DNA of 12,247 nucleotides, taken from Bdellovibrionota bacterium FG-2 (GTDB taxonomy: Bacteria; Bdellovibrionota; UBA1018). The stretch lies in the NCBI GenBank assembly GCA_051382305.1, contig JBBCAV010000188.1, positions 1 to 12,247 on the forward strand. Direction: 5' to 3'. Positions 1 to 7,901 of the stretch are shown here, in pieces (positions within the stretch are counted from its first letter, which is position 1; each line of letters begins with the position of its first letter). The notes beneath the pieces were generated by a model. It searched no databases, was not told the origin of the DNA, and saw only the letters and a program-made list of their open reading frames with translations. The translations under genes were made by a program, and so were the position numbers.

Positions 1-323
1 GCCGCGCGGCCTCCGCTCCGGTCTTCTTCCCACCCGTCACGAGCTTTGAGGGTTTCTGCGCAGGGTTGGGGCCTTCGGCGGTCTGGGCGGTGCCCGAGAA
101 CTTAGCGCGATAATGCCCGTGAGTTAGGGCCGGACCTCATGGTCCCTCCGTTGCCAAGTCGGAGCATACTGCGGTCATTTGCGCCCAGCTCCGTCTTTAG
201 GCCAGGGCTAGGGCCGCAAAACTCGGTCCCTTCCGGTAGGAACGGAAGATCGAGCACGCCCTGCTCCCATGCGTGCCGGATCTGGGCTAGGTGCTCCTGG
301 TGGAGATACCCATAGTCAACTAG

Positions 324-572
324 GTGAAGTCAAGAAGACTGGAGCGGATTCCAGCCAAGAGCCGCAAAGAAGTAGAGTGGCAGATCCGAGGGCTGCTGGC
401 GCTTATCCAAAAGCGCCGGGAAAAGCTCGGAATGACGCAAGAAGAGTTTGCAGAGAAGCTCGATATCAGCGCGCGGACCCTTCAGTTTATCGAGCAAGGG
501 CGGCGGTTTCCAAGCCTCCCGATGCTGTTTCATTTGCTCAAGACCTTGGGGGTCTCGGCTCGGTTTGAATAG
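324..572 (+). CDS. XRE/Cro-family helix-turn-helix transcriptional regulator (82 aa)
   Basis: IQKRREKLGMTQEEFAEKLDISARTLQFIEQGRRFPSLPMLFHLLKTLGV is a typical HTH_3 pattern; GTG start. Confidence 0.88.
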   Translation: MKSRRLERIPAKSRKEVEWQIRGLLALIQKRREKLGMTQEEFAEKLDISARTLQFIEQGRRFPSLPMLFHLLKTLGVSARFE

Positions 573-650
573 TAACTTCGGAGATCCTCCATCGTTTCAG
601 GAATATCCGAAGTTAGATGCGCCCCAAGGATGGGTTGTCGCTGATTCCCA

Positions 651-678
651 TTGCTTACACCACTAATTGGTGTATTCT
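651..678 (+). promoter_or_regulatory. Putative sigma70 promoter and palindromic operator of the toxin-antitoxin operon
   Basis: TTGCTT (651-656), 16 nt, TATTCT (673-678); overlapped by inverted repeat TACACCA-ctaat-TGGTGTA (656-674); ATG at 686 is 7 nt after the -10 box. Confidence 0.6.
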
Positions 679-685
679 TACCGTA

Positions 686-966
686 ATGGCCTGGACCGTT
701 TCAATCTCCAAAAGAGCAACCAAGCAGCTTCGTAAACTGCCTGAATGGGTTTCAGAAACAGTACGCTGCTGGCCCGAGATATCGAAGCCGGTGGGCCAGT
801 AAGAGGAAACTGGCCAAATTATTCGAAACTTTCGAATGGCAGCCATCACTGCCACCTCAATAAGCGGGGTCGTCCGACGTATATTGCGATCTGGAAGGCC
901 GAGAAAAACGAACTCAAACTCGTGGAGGTAACTCATGTCAGCACCCGAGAAAAAGCGCCCTACTGA
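686..966 (+). pseudogene. RelE/HigB-like type II toxin, frameshifted near 765-768
   Basis: MAWTVSISKRATKQLRKLPEWVSETVR in one frame joins LLARDIEAGGPVRGNWPNYSKLSNGSHHCHLNKRGRPTYIAIWKAEKNELKLVEVTHVSTREKAPY in another; one added base at gtacgctgctg restores a ~93-aa RelE-like protein upstream of an HTH gene. Confidence 0.8.
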
Positions 967-1300
967 AGTCCGTATTAGCGTAAGCGGGCGCTCCTACCTG
1001 TTTATGGACATCCCAAAGAAAAAGATCCAGGGACTTCTCGTCTCTTTGAAGGACTACTCCGAGGGTGTGATCCCTTGGCGTGAGGCATTGAAAGACGTCA
1101 TCTCTCACGGCGGAGAAGCCGCCACCGCGCTACGAGGTGCGCGGGGACGTGAGGGAATGACCCAAGCAGACCTGGCTGAGAAACTTAGCGTTCCTCAGCA
1201 AAACGTCTCGGAGATGGAAAAGGGCAAACGCCCGATTGGAAAAGCGATGGCCAAGCGCCTGGCTTCAATTTTTCGCGTCAACTACCGCGTATTTCTGTAA
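935..1300 (+). CDS. HigA-like XRE HTH antitoxin (121 aa)
   Basis: C-terminal LRGARGREGMTQADLAEKLSVPQQNVSEMEKGKRPIGKAMAKRLA HTH; overlaps the toxin 3' end; GGAGG RBS before ATG 935. Confidence 0.88.
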   Translation: MSAPEKKRPTEVRISVSGRSYLFMDIPKKKIQGLLVSLKDYSEGVIPWREALKDVISHGGEAATALRGARGREGMTQADLAEKLSVPQQNVSEMEKGKRPIGKAMAKRLASIFRVNYRVFL

Positions 1301-1430
1301 TCAGGGCATCAGCCCACACCCCAATACCTGCGCCGCACCGCACAAAACCCCTGCCCGGCGGGCTTGTGACATACTAAATCAAGCAAAGTCCAAATTCCGG
1401 ACGCAAAGAATGGAATTCAGTTTTTAACAA

Positions 1431-1994
1431 TCATTGCCTTTTGGAAACTGGCCGCCCATTTTTCCAAAGATCTTCAAAATGCTTTTGATACGCAGTCACG
1501 ACCTCCGGTGTTTCAAGATAGACCTGATTTTCACTGTTAAGATGGGTAGCCCGCTCCGTGTAGTTAAAACTTCCTGTTTCAACTTTTTTGCCATCCACGA
1601 TTGTAAATTTATTATGAAAAAACCCACTCTGCCGCCCGAAGCGAATAGCGGCACCTTGGTTCGCGAGTTGTAATACCCGGGATCGACTCCCTTTGCTTTG
1701 CCTTTCATCAACAATGACCCGAACAGGTATACTTTTTCCCTTGAGAATCAATTCGTTAACCAAGGACTCCAGAGTGATGTCGTAAATCGCCACATCAATC
1801 ATCTTTCTTGCTGACCGAACAAATAAAAGCAATTTCTCATCACAATTTTCACCCGGTGAAAAACAAACCTCTTGGCCTACAGGCTGGTTAACCTGAGTGC
1901 TTACATCTGCACCAAAAACCGGGTCCAGTGAAAACAAAAGTAAGCCTGCCGATAAAACCACTGCTACCAATTTCGAAAGTTTGATTTTTTCCAT
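1431..1994 (-). CDS. Secreted phospholipase D-superfamily (Nuc-like) endonuclease, single HKD motif
   Basis: HNKFTIVD...TGSFNYT..A...NSEN motif (HxKxxxxD + GSxN), FSPG and IDVAIY segments, N-terminal signal peptide. Confidence 0.88.
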   Translation of the reverse strand: MEKIKLSKLVAVVLSAGLLLFSLDPVFGADVSTQVNQPVGQEVCFSPGENCDEKLLLFVRSARKMIDVAIYDITLESLVNELILKGKSIPVRVIVDERQSKGSRSRVLQLANQGAAIRFGRQSGFFHNKFTIVDGKKVETGSFNYTERATHLNSENQVYLETPEVVTAYQKHFEDLWKNGRPVSKRQ

Positions 1995-2042
1995 TTCAAT
2001 CTACTCCGATCTTTGGGTTCCCCGTTATTTGAAAGTAAAACT

Positions 2043-2058
2043 TGGCATATTTTGTGCT
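2043..2058 (+). promoter_or_regulatory. Possible sigma54 (-24/-12) promoter for the 2107 gene
   Basis: TGGCAT-ATTTT-GTGCT gives GG-N10-GC (GG 2044-2045, GC 2056-2057), about 50 nt upstream of the ATG. Confidence 0.35.
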
Positions 2059-2106
2059 CATTAGCCAAGCACAAAGGAACGCGGAATTATCCGCTATTTA
2101 TTTAAA

Positions 2107-2670
2107 ATGAAAAAGCACCTGGCTATCTTATTTATCACATTATTCATTGCTCAAGCCTCTTTTGCAGACGAACCTGAAACACCTACAGTGAGCGTGCAAA
2201 ACGAGCTAAACACTAAACCAACAATCGGTGAGACCTGCCTAGCTCTTCAAAAGACTCTTAAGGATGGTAGGCACACTCAAGTCAAAGTAAGTAGGAATGA
2301 CCCCATGGAAATGGTTAAGGAATATATTCAAATTCAACACGGGGAATATTCCGGTACCTACAATTTTGTCTTAGGCTCCACTGATTTGCCGGATAAAGTT
2401 GACCTAGCCGGCCTTTTAGATCCGGAAGTGGACGGGCCTACCTTAGCGATGGTTTACGTCGAATATACGTCTTTTGCTGAAAAACGCCATTCCTTGAAAA
2501 TTTCGAAAATCCACAAACTACTGATGGATCTTTGGGGAACTAAGGCTATTTACGGATTTGATGGATATTCTCCAAATGGTTGTGGGAGCAATGACCCATT
2601 TATTTTGGTCTTAGACACAAAAGAACAGACGGTTTACGGGATTGACCTCACCCCCTGTAACGAGTCATAA
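2107..2670 (+). CDS. Secreted hypothetical protein (187 aa)
   Basis: Clean ORF with Sec signal peptide (MKKHLAILFITLFIAQASFA), acidic mature part, three Cys; family not recognised. Confidence 0.85.
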   Translation: MKKHLAILFITLFIAQASFADEPETPTVSVQNELNTKPTIGETCLALQKTLKDGRHTQVKVSRNDPMEMVKEYIQIQHGEYSGTYNFVLGSTDLPDKVDLAGLLDPEVDGPTLAMVYVEYTSFAEKRHSLKISKIHKLLMDLWGTKAIYGFDGYSPNGCGSNDPFILVLDTKEQTVYGIDLTPCNES

Positions 2671-2704
2671 GGCAGCCAAACGGTGATGAGTGCCGCGCGG
2701 ACGA

Positions 2705-2989
2705 TTACTTATAAACGTCTTTTCGGTGTTTAATAAGCACTATGGTTACAATCAAGATTTTAACGTCGACACGATAAACGATCCGGTAATCCCCGACCCT
2801 TACACGCCTGTGTCCGACAAAACTGTAACGAAGCGGTTTACCGAGGGCAACCGGTTCCACCGTTAACCTTGTTTCTATCGCATGCTTCACCAGTTGACGT
2901 ATCGTCTTCAGTAGAGCGGGAATATCATCCGCGACAACAGTATCCAGATACTCGACGACAAAAGACTGTTCAACCCCAGGCTTTGTCAT
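2705..2989 (-). CDS. RelE/ParE-family type II toxin
   Basis: GKPLRYSFVGHRRVRVGDYRIVYRV...IKHRKDVYK is a classic RelE C-terminal motif; overlaps antitoxin end. Confidence 0.9.
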   Translation of the reverse strand: MTKPGVEQSFVVEYLDTVVADDIPALLKTIRQLVKHAIETRLTVEPVALGKPLRYSFVGHRRVRVGDYRIVYRVDVKILIVTIVLIKHRKDVYK

Positions 2990-3191
2990 GACTGATCGTC
3001 TTCTTCGATTTAGCTTCGCGCTTCACCGCTATTTCGGAGAGAAGGAGGTCCTCGTGCTTTTCAATGGCGTCCTCCATAAGTTCCTTGGCAACCACCGACA
3101 TGGATTTACCTTCCTGTTTTGCGATCCTCGCTATGGTTTCGTAAATATCGGCATTCAAGACCACATTCAGTCTTGGGTGCTTAGTTGGCAT
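2970..3191 (-). CDS. Ribbon-helix-helix antitoxin (73 aa; start revised to ATG 3191)
   Basis: MPTKHPRLNVVLNADIYETIARIAKQEGKSMSVVAKELMEDAIEKHED...TISHDKAW; GAGGTG RBS; directly upstream of RelE. Confidence 0.88.
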   Translation of the reverse strand: MPTKHPRLNVVLNADIYETIARIAKQEGKSMSVVAKELMEDAIEKHEDLLLSEIAVKREAKSKKTISHDKAWG

Positions 3192-3211
3192 AGTCACTTC
3201 ACCTCTGCAGA

Positions 3212-3242
3212 TAAGTGTATCACTAGTGATGAACTTAGTCAA
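3212..3242 (-). promoter_or_regulatory. sigma70 promoter with palindromic autorepression operator
   Basis: Minus strand TTGACT (3242-3237), 17 nt, TACACT (3219-3214); imperfect palindrome TAAGT-gt-ATCACTAGTGAT-ga-ACTTA (3212-3237) covers the spacer and -10. Confidence 0.8.
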
Positions 3243-3466
3243 GACAGGAAAAATGTCGTTTAGGTCGTCCAATACCCCTAAATCAGGTGATTCCGAGGTA
3301 GCTTATTCCGAAAAACTGAAGCTCCGGATTTCCCGGAAAAACAGAGGCCTTCCGGGTTTTTGATTTTGGACCTTTTTGGGGTACCCCTTGTCCGCATCTC
3401 AAAACCTGGAGGATCACAGGACATCATAATCTTCGCAGACTTCGCGCAGACCCGATTAGGAAAAAA

Positions 3467-3495
3467 CCGCTAACTTTGAGCTAACCAGTTAGCGG
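3467..3495. repeat. Inverted repeat CCGCTAACT-11 nt-AGTTAGCGG (possible res subsite or terminator)
   Basis: 9-bp perfect arms in the non-coding gap downstream of the resolvase, flanked by A-runs. Confidence 0.4.
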
Positions 3496-3653
3496 AAAAT
3501 TTCTTAAGCAGAATTAAAAATCTCTATCAAAACCATACATATGGCGTGAGCGTTTTTTATCTAAAAAGTGCTACTGTATGGGCTTCATGCCTCATTCATG
3601 CCTTACCTAAAATATTACGATTAATACGAACAAATCCGGGTGTGCCCTACCCC

Positions 3654-4283
3654 TTACCTCCCTGGTAATCGTCGCTCTACGGGCTTCCTATTGCATGGTT
3701 TTATCGACAGTGCCACCAATGCGCGGCAAACAGCACCTTTTGAGACACCCAAGCGTCGCTGAATGCCCTGATAACTCAAACCCTGGCGCCTAAGCTCGCG
3801 CACTTTCTCGTCGTCATTTATTTTCGGCCGACCCAATATCTTACCTTGAGATTGGGCATAAGTAAGACCCAATAAGATACGCTCCCGAATCAGGGCGCGC
3901 TCGAACTCAGCCAGGCTTCCCAAGATTTGGACGAACATGCGGCCTGCCGGTGTGGTCAGATCCACCTGGTCGCGAGTGGCGATGAACTTCACGCCCAAGG
4001 CTTCAAACTCGGCAATTGTGTTAACAAGGTGCTTAAGCGACCGAAAAAGCCTATCGAGCTTGACAACAATAACGGCGTCCACTTCGCGGGCGCGGACGAG
4101 CACAAGAAGACGTTTAAGTCCTGGCCGGTCATCGGTGCCGCCACTAGCCCTGTCCTGGATCTCGTGGATAATTTTAAACCCACGCGCCTTGCAATAACGC
4201 CGGAGCTCGCCGATCTGGACCTCCGGTTTTTGCTCGCGCTTCTGAGTGCTCACGCGCGAGTAGGTCGCAACTCGTAGAATCAG
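3654..4283 (-). CDS. Small serine recombinase (resolvase/invertase) with C-terminal HTH; probable CTG start
   Basis: RVATYSRVST catalytic motif (upstream of the ORF-track start), DRPGL, VVKLDRLFRS, LAEFERALIRER, GKILGRP, HTH tail. Confidence 0.92.
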   Translation of the reverse strand: MILRVATYSRVSTQKREQKPEVQIGELRRYCKARGFKIIHEIQDRASGGTDDRPGLKRLLVLVRAREVDAVIVVKLDRLFRSLKHLVNTIAEFEALGVKFIATRDQVDLTTPAGRMFVQILGSLAEFERALIRERILLGLTYAQSQGKILGRPKINDDEKVRELRRQGLSYQGIQRRLGVSKGAVCRALVALSIKPCNRKPVERRLPGR

Positions 4284-4504
4284 ACAGCAACCTTTCTTTT
4301 CGAACGAGACACTGAACGTCCGCTAGAAGGGCGCCTTTTGAGCTTTGGAGGACCAGCTACTTCGAGGAGTTCAATTCCAACAACTTCCCCTTTTTTATTC
4401 ATGTCGATCAACAGATTGCTGCGAAATTTTACCGTTTTTGCAATCCGCGTCTTCTTGAATTGAATATAGCCAACATTCAGCCGCTTATCGTAAGTCAATT
4501 TCAC
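4280..4504 (-). CDS. DUF2283-like protein (putative antitoxin)
   Basis: MKLTYDKRLNVGYIQF...LLIDMNKKGEVVGIELL pattern; GTGA overlap with upstream gene. Confidence 0.82.
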   Translation of the reverse strand: MKLTYDKRLNVGYIQFKKTRIAKTVKFRSNLLIDMNKKGEVVGIELLEVAGPPKLKRRPSSGRSVSRSKRKVAV

Positions 4505-4737
4505 GGAAATTCTCCAATCCAGTATGCCGTTACAACGGCATACCCAAGTTTCATATCAACGTAGATCACTTCTAAAGTTCTCGATCCAAATCGCAGCCTC
4601 CGCGACTTTCGCCCATTCTGTTGAAAGTCTATCAGCTCTCCCTGAATAATCGTGCGGCGAATTTTCTGCCGAATAATACCGCGCAGTTGAAATCGTTCCA
4701 TCGCATGCTTATCGACGACCAGTGCAAATGGGCTCAT
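4501..4737 (-). CDS. DUF4258-like protein (putative RNase toxin; 78 aa, start revised to ATG 4737)
   Basis: HAMERFQLRGI...IRRTI..GE...LEVIY...VVTAYW pattern; ATGA overlap with upstream gene; paired with DUF2283-like gene. Confidence 0.8.
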   Translation of the reverse strand: MSPFALVVDKHAMERFQLRGIIRQKIRRTIIQGELIDFQQNGRKSRRLRFGSRTLEVIYVDMKLGYAVVTAYWIGEFP

Positions 4738-6164
4738 CCTCGCATTTTCCCCAGCGATTGCGCGACAGCGGCGCGGATCTCTGCACGCTCGGCCTCTGGC
4801 ATATTCAAGCGAGCAGCTTCGCGCTCCGGCCAAACATTATCGTCAAAGTGTGCTCTAATCGCCGAATCTTGAATCTGGCCAGGCTTCTGTGCCCACTCAG
4901 GAAGAAGCCGCGCTAGATCGCTGGCGGCGACTCCCCTTTTCCATTCTGCAAACTCCAAATCCTTAAACCGTTGCTCGTTGGCTTGCCGCTCGCGCTCTTT
5001 ACGTTCCATGAACTCGCGCGTACGGCGGCGGGATTCGTCTGCCGGAGTCTCGTAATTCTCAGGCGGCGCGTACGGACCCCCTTTACGAAGAATGCCCATA
5101 AAAAAATTGAGCGGTGGGCCGTTGAGCGTTTTTGCTTTGCCGTTTCGATTAAGATCGAAAGCAAAAAAATCTATCGAGGATTCGACCTCTGCGACTGAAA
5201 GCTTGCCGTGTCTCGCAAGCTGCATCAGATGAGTTTGGGTAAATCCGATATCGGCAAGTGGCGACGTATCAACCGCCGACCAGACCGGACTGAGCTGAAT
5301 TTGACTGTCAGCGAAAAGTTCGGGTTCGCTAGTAGTGGTGGTTTTCAAATTTTGATTCAAATCTATAGAACTACTACTACTAGAGGGGCGTGTGTCCGGT
5401 TCTGTGTTCGGTTGCGTGTTCAGTTTGTATCCGATTTGTGTCCGATTTGTACTCAGTTTGTGTTCGGTTTCAAGCTGAAGTAGCTCGCGATAAATGGCAT
5501 CGGGCAGTTCATAGCGCGACCATCCGCCACGGCCAATTTTGAACCCATCCCGACGTAGAATGAATTTTTCCTCCAAGCGTCGTAGCGTCGTTTTAACGCT
5601 CCCAATGCGGATACTAAGGGATAATGCGACGTGTTCTAACGAGAGCGGCTCTGTAATTCGAGAACGAGAGTTCTTACAAGACTCATAGACGAAAACGGTT
5701 ATTTCTCGTTGTAATCCGACAAGGGACGAAAACCCCTGTTCTGTGTTCGGTTTGTGCTCAGTTTGTGCGCGGTTTGTGTCTATTATTGTGTCCGGTTGCG
5801 TGTCCGGTTTATGTCCGGTTTCGGAAAGAGAGGCGAGGTGCGGTTTGGATCTGTGCTCAGTTTGTGCGCGGTTTGTGTTCAGTTCTGTGTCCGCTTTGTG
5901 TACGGTTTGTATCCGATTCGTATCCGCTTTGTGTCCGATTTTTTGAGGGGTTGATATATGACTGACCGAACTTTGGCCCGGCTCTGTGTTCGGTTTGTCT
6001 TCGGTTTCGAGCTGCGCGGGTAGGGGAGTCGTTGCCAAGGTTACCGGGACGAAAATATCAATCGCACTTTGGCCATTTTTGGCCGAATCCCAATCGAGAT
6101 CAGCGCTAAATAGTGCGGCCTCAATCTCTTTTTTGCTTTGTTTGGGTTTCGATTTTGATTTCAC
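4734..6164 (-). CDS. Putative replication initiator / DNA-binding protein with central winged helix (~476 aa; alternative start 6185)
   Basis: LSLEHVALSLSIRIGSVKTTLRRLEEKFILRR...GRGGWSRYEL wHTH-like segment between repeat-encoded low-complexity tracts; SSSSS...KTTTT linker; helical C-terminus; directly downstream of parA with GTGA overlap and GAGG RBS at 6164. Function is inferred. Confidence 0.65.
   Translation of the reverse strand: MKSKSKPKQSKKEIEAALFSADLDWDSAKNGQSAIDIFVPVTLATTPLPAQLETEDKPNTEPGQSSVSHISTPQKIGHKADTNRIQTVHKADTELNTNRAQTEHRSKPHLASLSETGHKPDTQPDTIIDTNRAQTEHKPNTEQGFSSLVGLQREITVFVYESCKNSRSRITEPLSLEHVALSLSIRIGSVKTTLRRLEEKFILRRDGFKIGRGGWSRYELPDAIYRELLQLETEHKLSTNRTQIGYKLNTQPNTEPDTRPSSSSSSIDLNQNLKTTTTSEPELFADSQIQLSPVWSAVDTSPLADIGFTQTHLMQLARHGKLSVAEVESSIDFFAFDLNRNGKAKTLNGPPLNFFMGILRKGGPYAPPENYETPADESRRRTREFMERKERERQANEQRFKDLEFAEWKRGVAASDLARLLPEWAQKPGQIQDSAIRAHFDDNVWPEREAARLNMPEAERAEIRAAVAQSLGKMRG
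5391..5469. repeat. Intragenic tandem array A: 7 x 11-12 bp, consensus about TGTGTYCRGTT
   Basis: Units start at 5391, 5403, 5415, 5426, 5437, 5448, 5459. Confidence 0.9.
5742..6006. repeat. Intragenic tandem arrays B-D: 7 + 8 + 2 copies of the same 11-12 bp unit
   Basis: Blocks 5742-5820, 5852-5940, 5985-6006; includes exact duplication of TGTGCTCAGTTTGTGCGCGGTTTGTGT at 5753 and 5852. Confidence 0.9.
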
Positions 6165-7027
6165 GCGGTAGCCTCTGGCCTCCACTGATCCGAATCAGCA
6201 ACAGTCGTAGTTCTTTTGGTCTTTTGTTTATTAAAACTGGCAATGGAGTCGAGAACCCGCTTGGAAAACTTCCTGTAGTCTTCCGATGAACGAGCATCTG
6301 TGTCGTATTCAAAAACAGTGAGCTTTCGAATTTGGGCGTTCTTTAATTTTGTATCGATTCGAATTGGATCTAAGATCGGGAAAAGGCTTCCAGCACCTTT
6401 CCGTAATTCTCCGATAACTACGTCACTGATTGATGTGCGCTTATCGTAAAAAGTAGGTAAAACCCCGATGATATTTGGGCGCGTCTTGAAATATTTTTCA
6501 ACCATGCTGATGTTTTCAGTAATGGTCTGAACACCAACAACAGATAGATAATCCATTCCACAGGGGATTATCAGATGTTTACTCATCAAAAGCGCGTTGT
6601 AGGTTAAAAGATTCAACGTTGGTGGGCAGTCAAAAAGAATGTAGTCGTAATCATTTTCAATGTGTTGTTCTTCAAACCGCAACCGCAACGTTTCTTCACG
6701 CCTGGGGAACGCTGTCAGCCGTACCTCGGCCTCCGCGAGTTTTTTTGAAGAGAGCATGACATCAAATTTGCACTTGTTATTGCTCCCGATCTGAACTGTC
6801 TGAAGGCAAGAACGGTACTCGCTTCCACTAATCACGAAATCGAAAACGTCAGAGTCCGAGTCCTTCAGCTTCAAGCGAAAATAAGATTTAATGCTCGCTT
6901 GTTGGTCGAGGTCAATGATTAGAACTCTAGCTTTTGGCTCTTGTTCAAGAATGCCGGCCGCTAAATGAACCGTGGTCGTCGTTTTACCGACACCGCCCTT
7001 AATATTTTGAATCGCAATCGTTTCCAT
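6161..7027 (-). CDS. parA: ParA/Soj-family Walker-type partition ATPase (288 aa; start revised to ATG 7027)
   Basis: KGGVGKTTT deviant Walker A, IDLDQQAS, YDYILFDCPP Walker B, GVLPTFYDKRT; GGGGGTG RBS before METIAIQN. Confidence 0.95.
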   Translation of the reverse strand: METIAIQNIKGGVGKTTTTVHLAAGILEQEPKARVLIIDLDQQASIKSYFRLKLKDSDSDVFDFVISGSEYRSCLQTVQIGSNNKCKFDVMLSSKKLAEAEVRLTAFPRREETLRLRFEEQHIENDYDYILFDCPPTLNLLTYNALLMSKHLIIPCGMDYLSVVGVQTITENISMVEKYFKTRPNIIGVLPTFYDKRTSISDVVIGELRKGAGSLFPILDPIRIDTKLKNAQIRKLTVFEYDTDARSSEDYRKFSKRVLDSIASFNKQKTKRTTTVADSDQWRPEATA

Positions 7028-7901
7028 GATCACCCCCGATAGCAAGAGTTTCATACGGTTATCCATGAACCGCAATGAAATTTTTATATCGCGACACGTC
7101 AGATAAGCGTGGTGCGTCAATGGCCGTGCGTAAAAAGCAAAAGAGGAGTGGGGGATCTTCATTACCGCTTTGCTGTGAGTGGCCTCCGCGGTCGACGGGG
7201 CGATTTACTCCCTTCGTTCGCAATCCCCAAAAAACGGTAAAATGATCGAGACCTTTTTGAATGAGTACTGCCGTGAAAAAAGGTGGAAAACCGCTGGAAA
7301 AAACACCGAAAAGCTTTTCATGGAAGTTTTTTTTAGATGAAACAAAAACTTCTTTTATCTCAGGCCATTCCGCCGTTTTCGAACGGACGCAGGGGCAATC
7401 GAGTACCAGGCCATACTCGCATTATGTGAGTAAAAGGAGAGGTAGGGGGAAATTTTACGAGATTAGGTGCCTTAATTTTGATTGGGTTTTGTTTAGCTTA
7501 CGACAAAGATTCGGTCGGGTTGGCTGTCCGGCTCGGGTCAATATCGAAGCGGGGCGAACTCCTATTTCTCTAACCGGTGGGGGCTGGGATTGATTCCAGA
7601 AATTAGGCAACGAGTACGTCCGGAAAATCTCCGAAAAAGAAGGATAATAAGACCGAACTCATTTCGGAATGACGAGTTCGTATTTCCCAATAAATTCCGA
7701 AAAACGAGGCAAAAAATAGACTTCTCACCCCCGTGAAAGAGGGGGTCAGTCAGAAATTTTGAAAATGAGGGCGTTTTTGTCGCCCGTTTGTCTATCTTCG
7801 GGCCGTTGCTGACTTTTAATGGCCTTAGTTTGGCGTGAGTGCGGATGCGGGTTGGCGGAACGACCGGAGGAAATGGAGTGCCCCTCAATCTGACTCGACA
7901 C

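Noticed and set aside
1-110. AARPP at the window start as the C-terminus of an IS91 transposase
   Set aside because: Only five residues of resemblance in GC-rich sequence; cannot be supported without upstream sequence.
5743-5965. Three overlapping Cys/Val-rich plus-strand ORFs
   Set aside because: Antisense shadows of the repeat array inside the Rep-like gene.
5391-6006. CRISPR array interpretation of the short repeats
   Set aside because: Units are 11-12 bp, contiguous, lack unique spacers and lie inside a long ORF; no cas genes.
7028-7162. N-terminal extension of ParA in the ORF track
   Set aside because: Walker A normally lies about 10 residues from the start, and ATG 7027 has an RBS.
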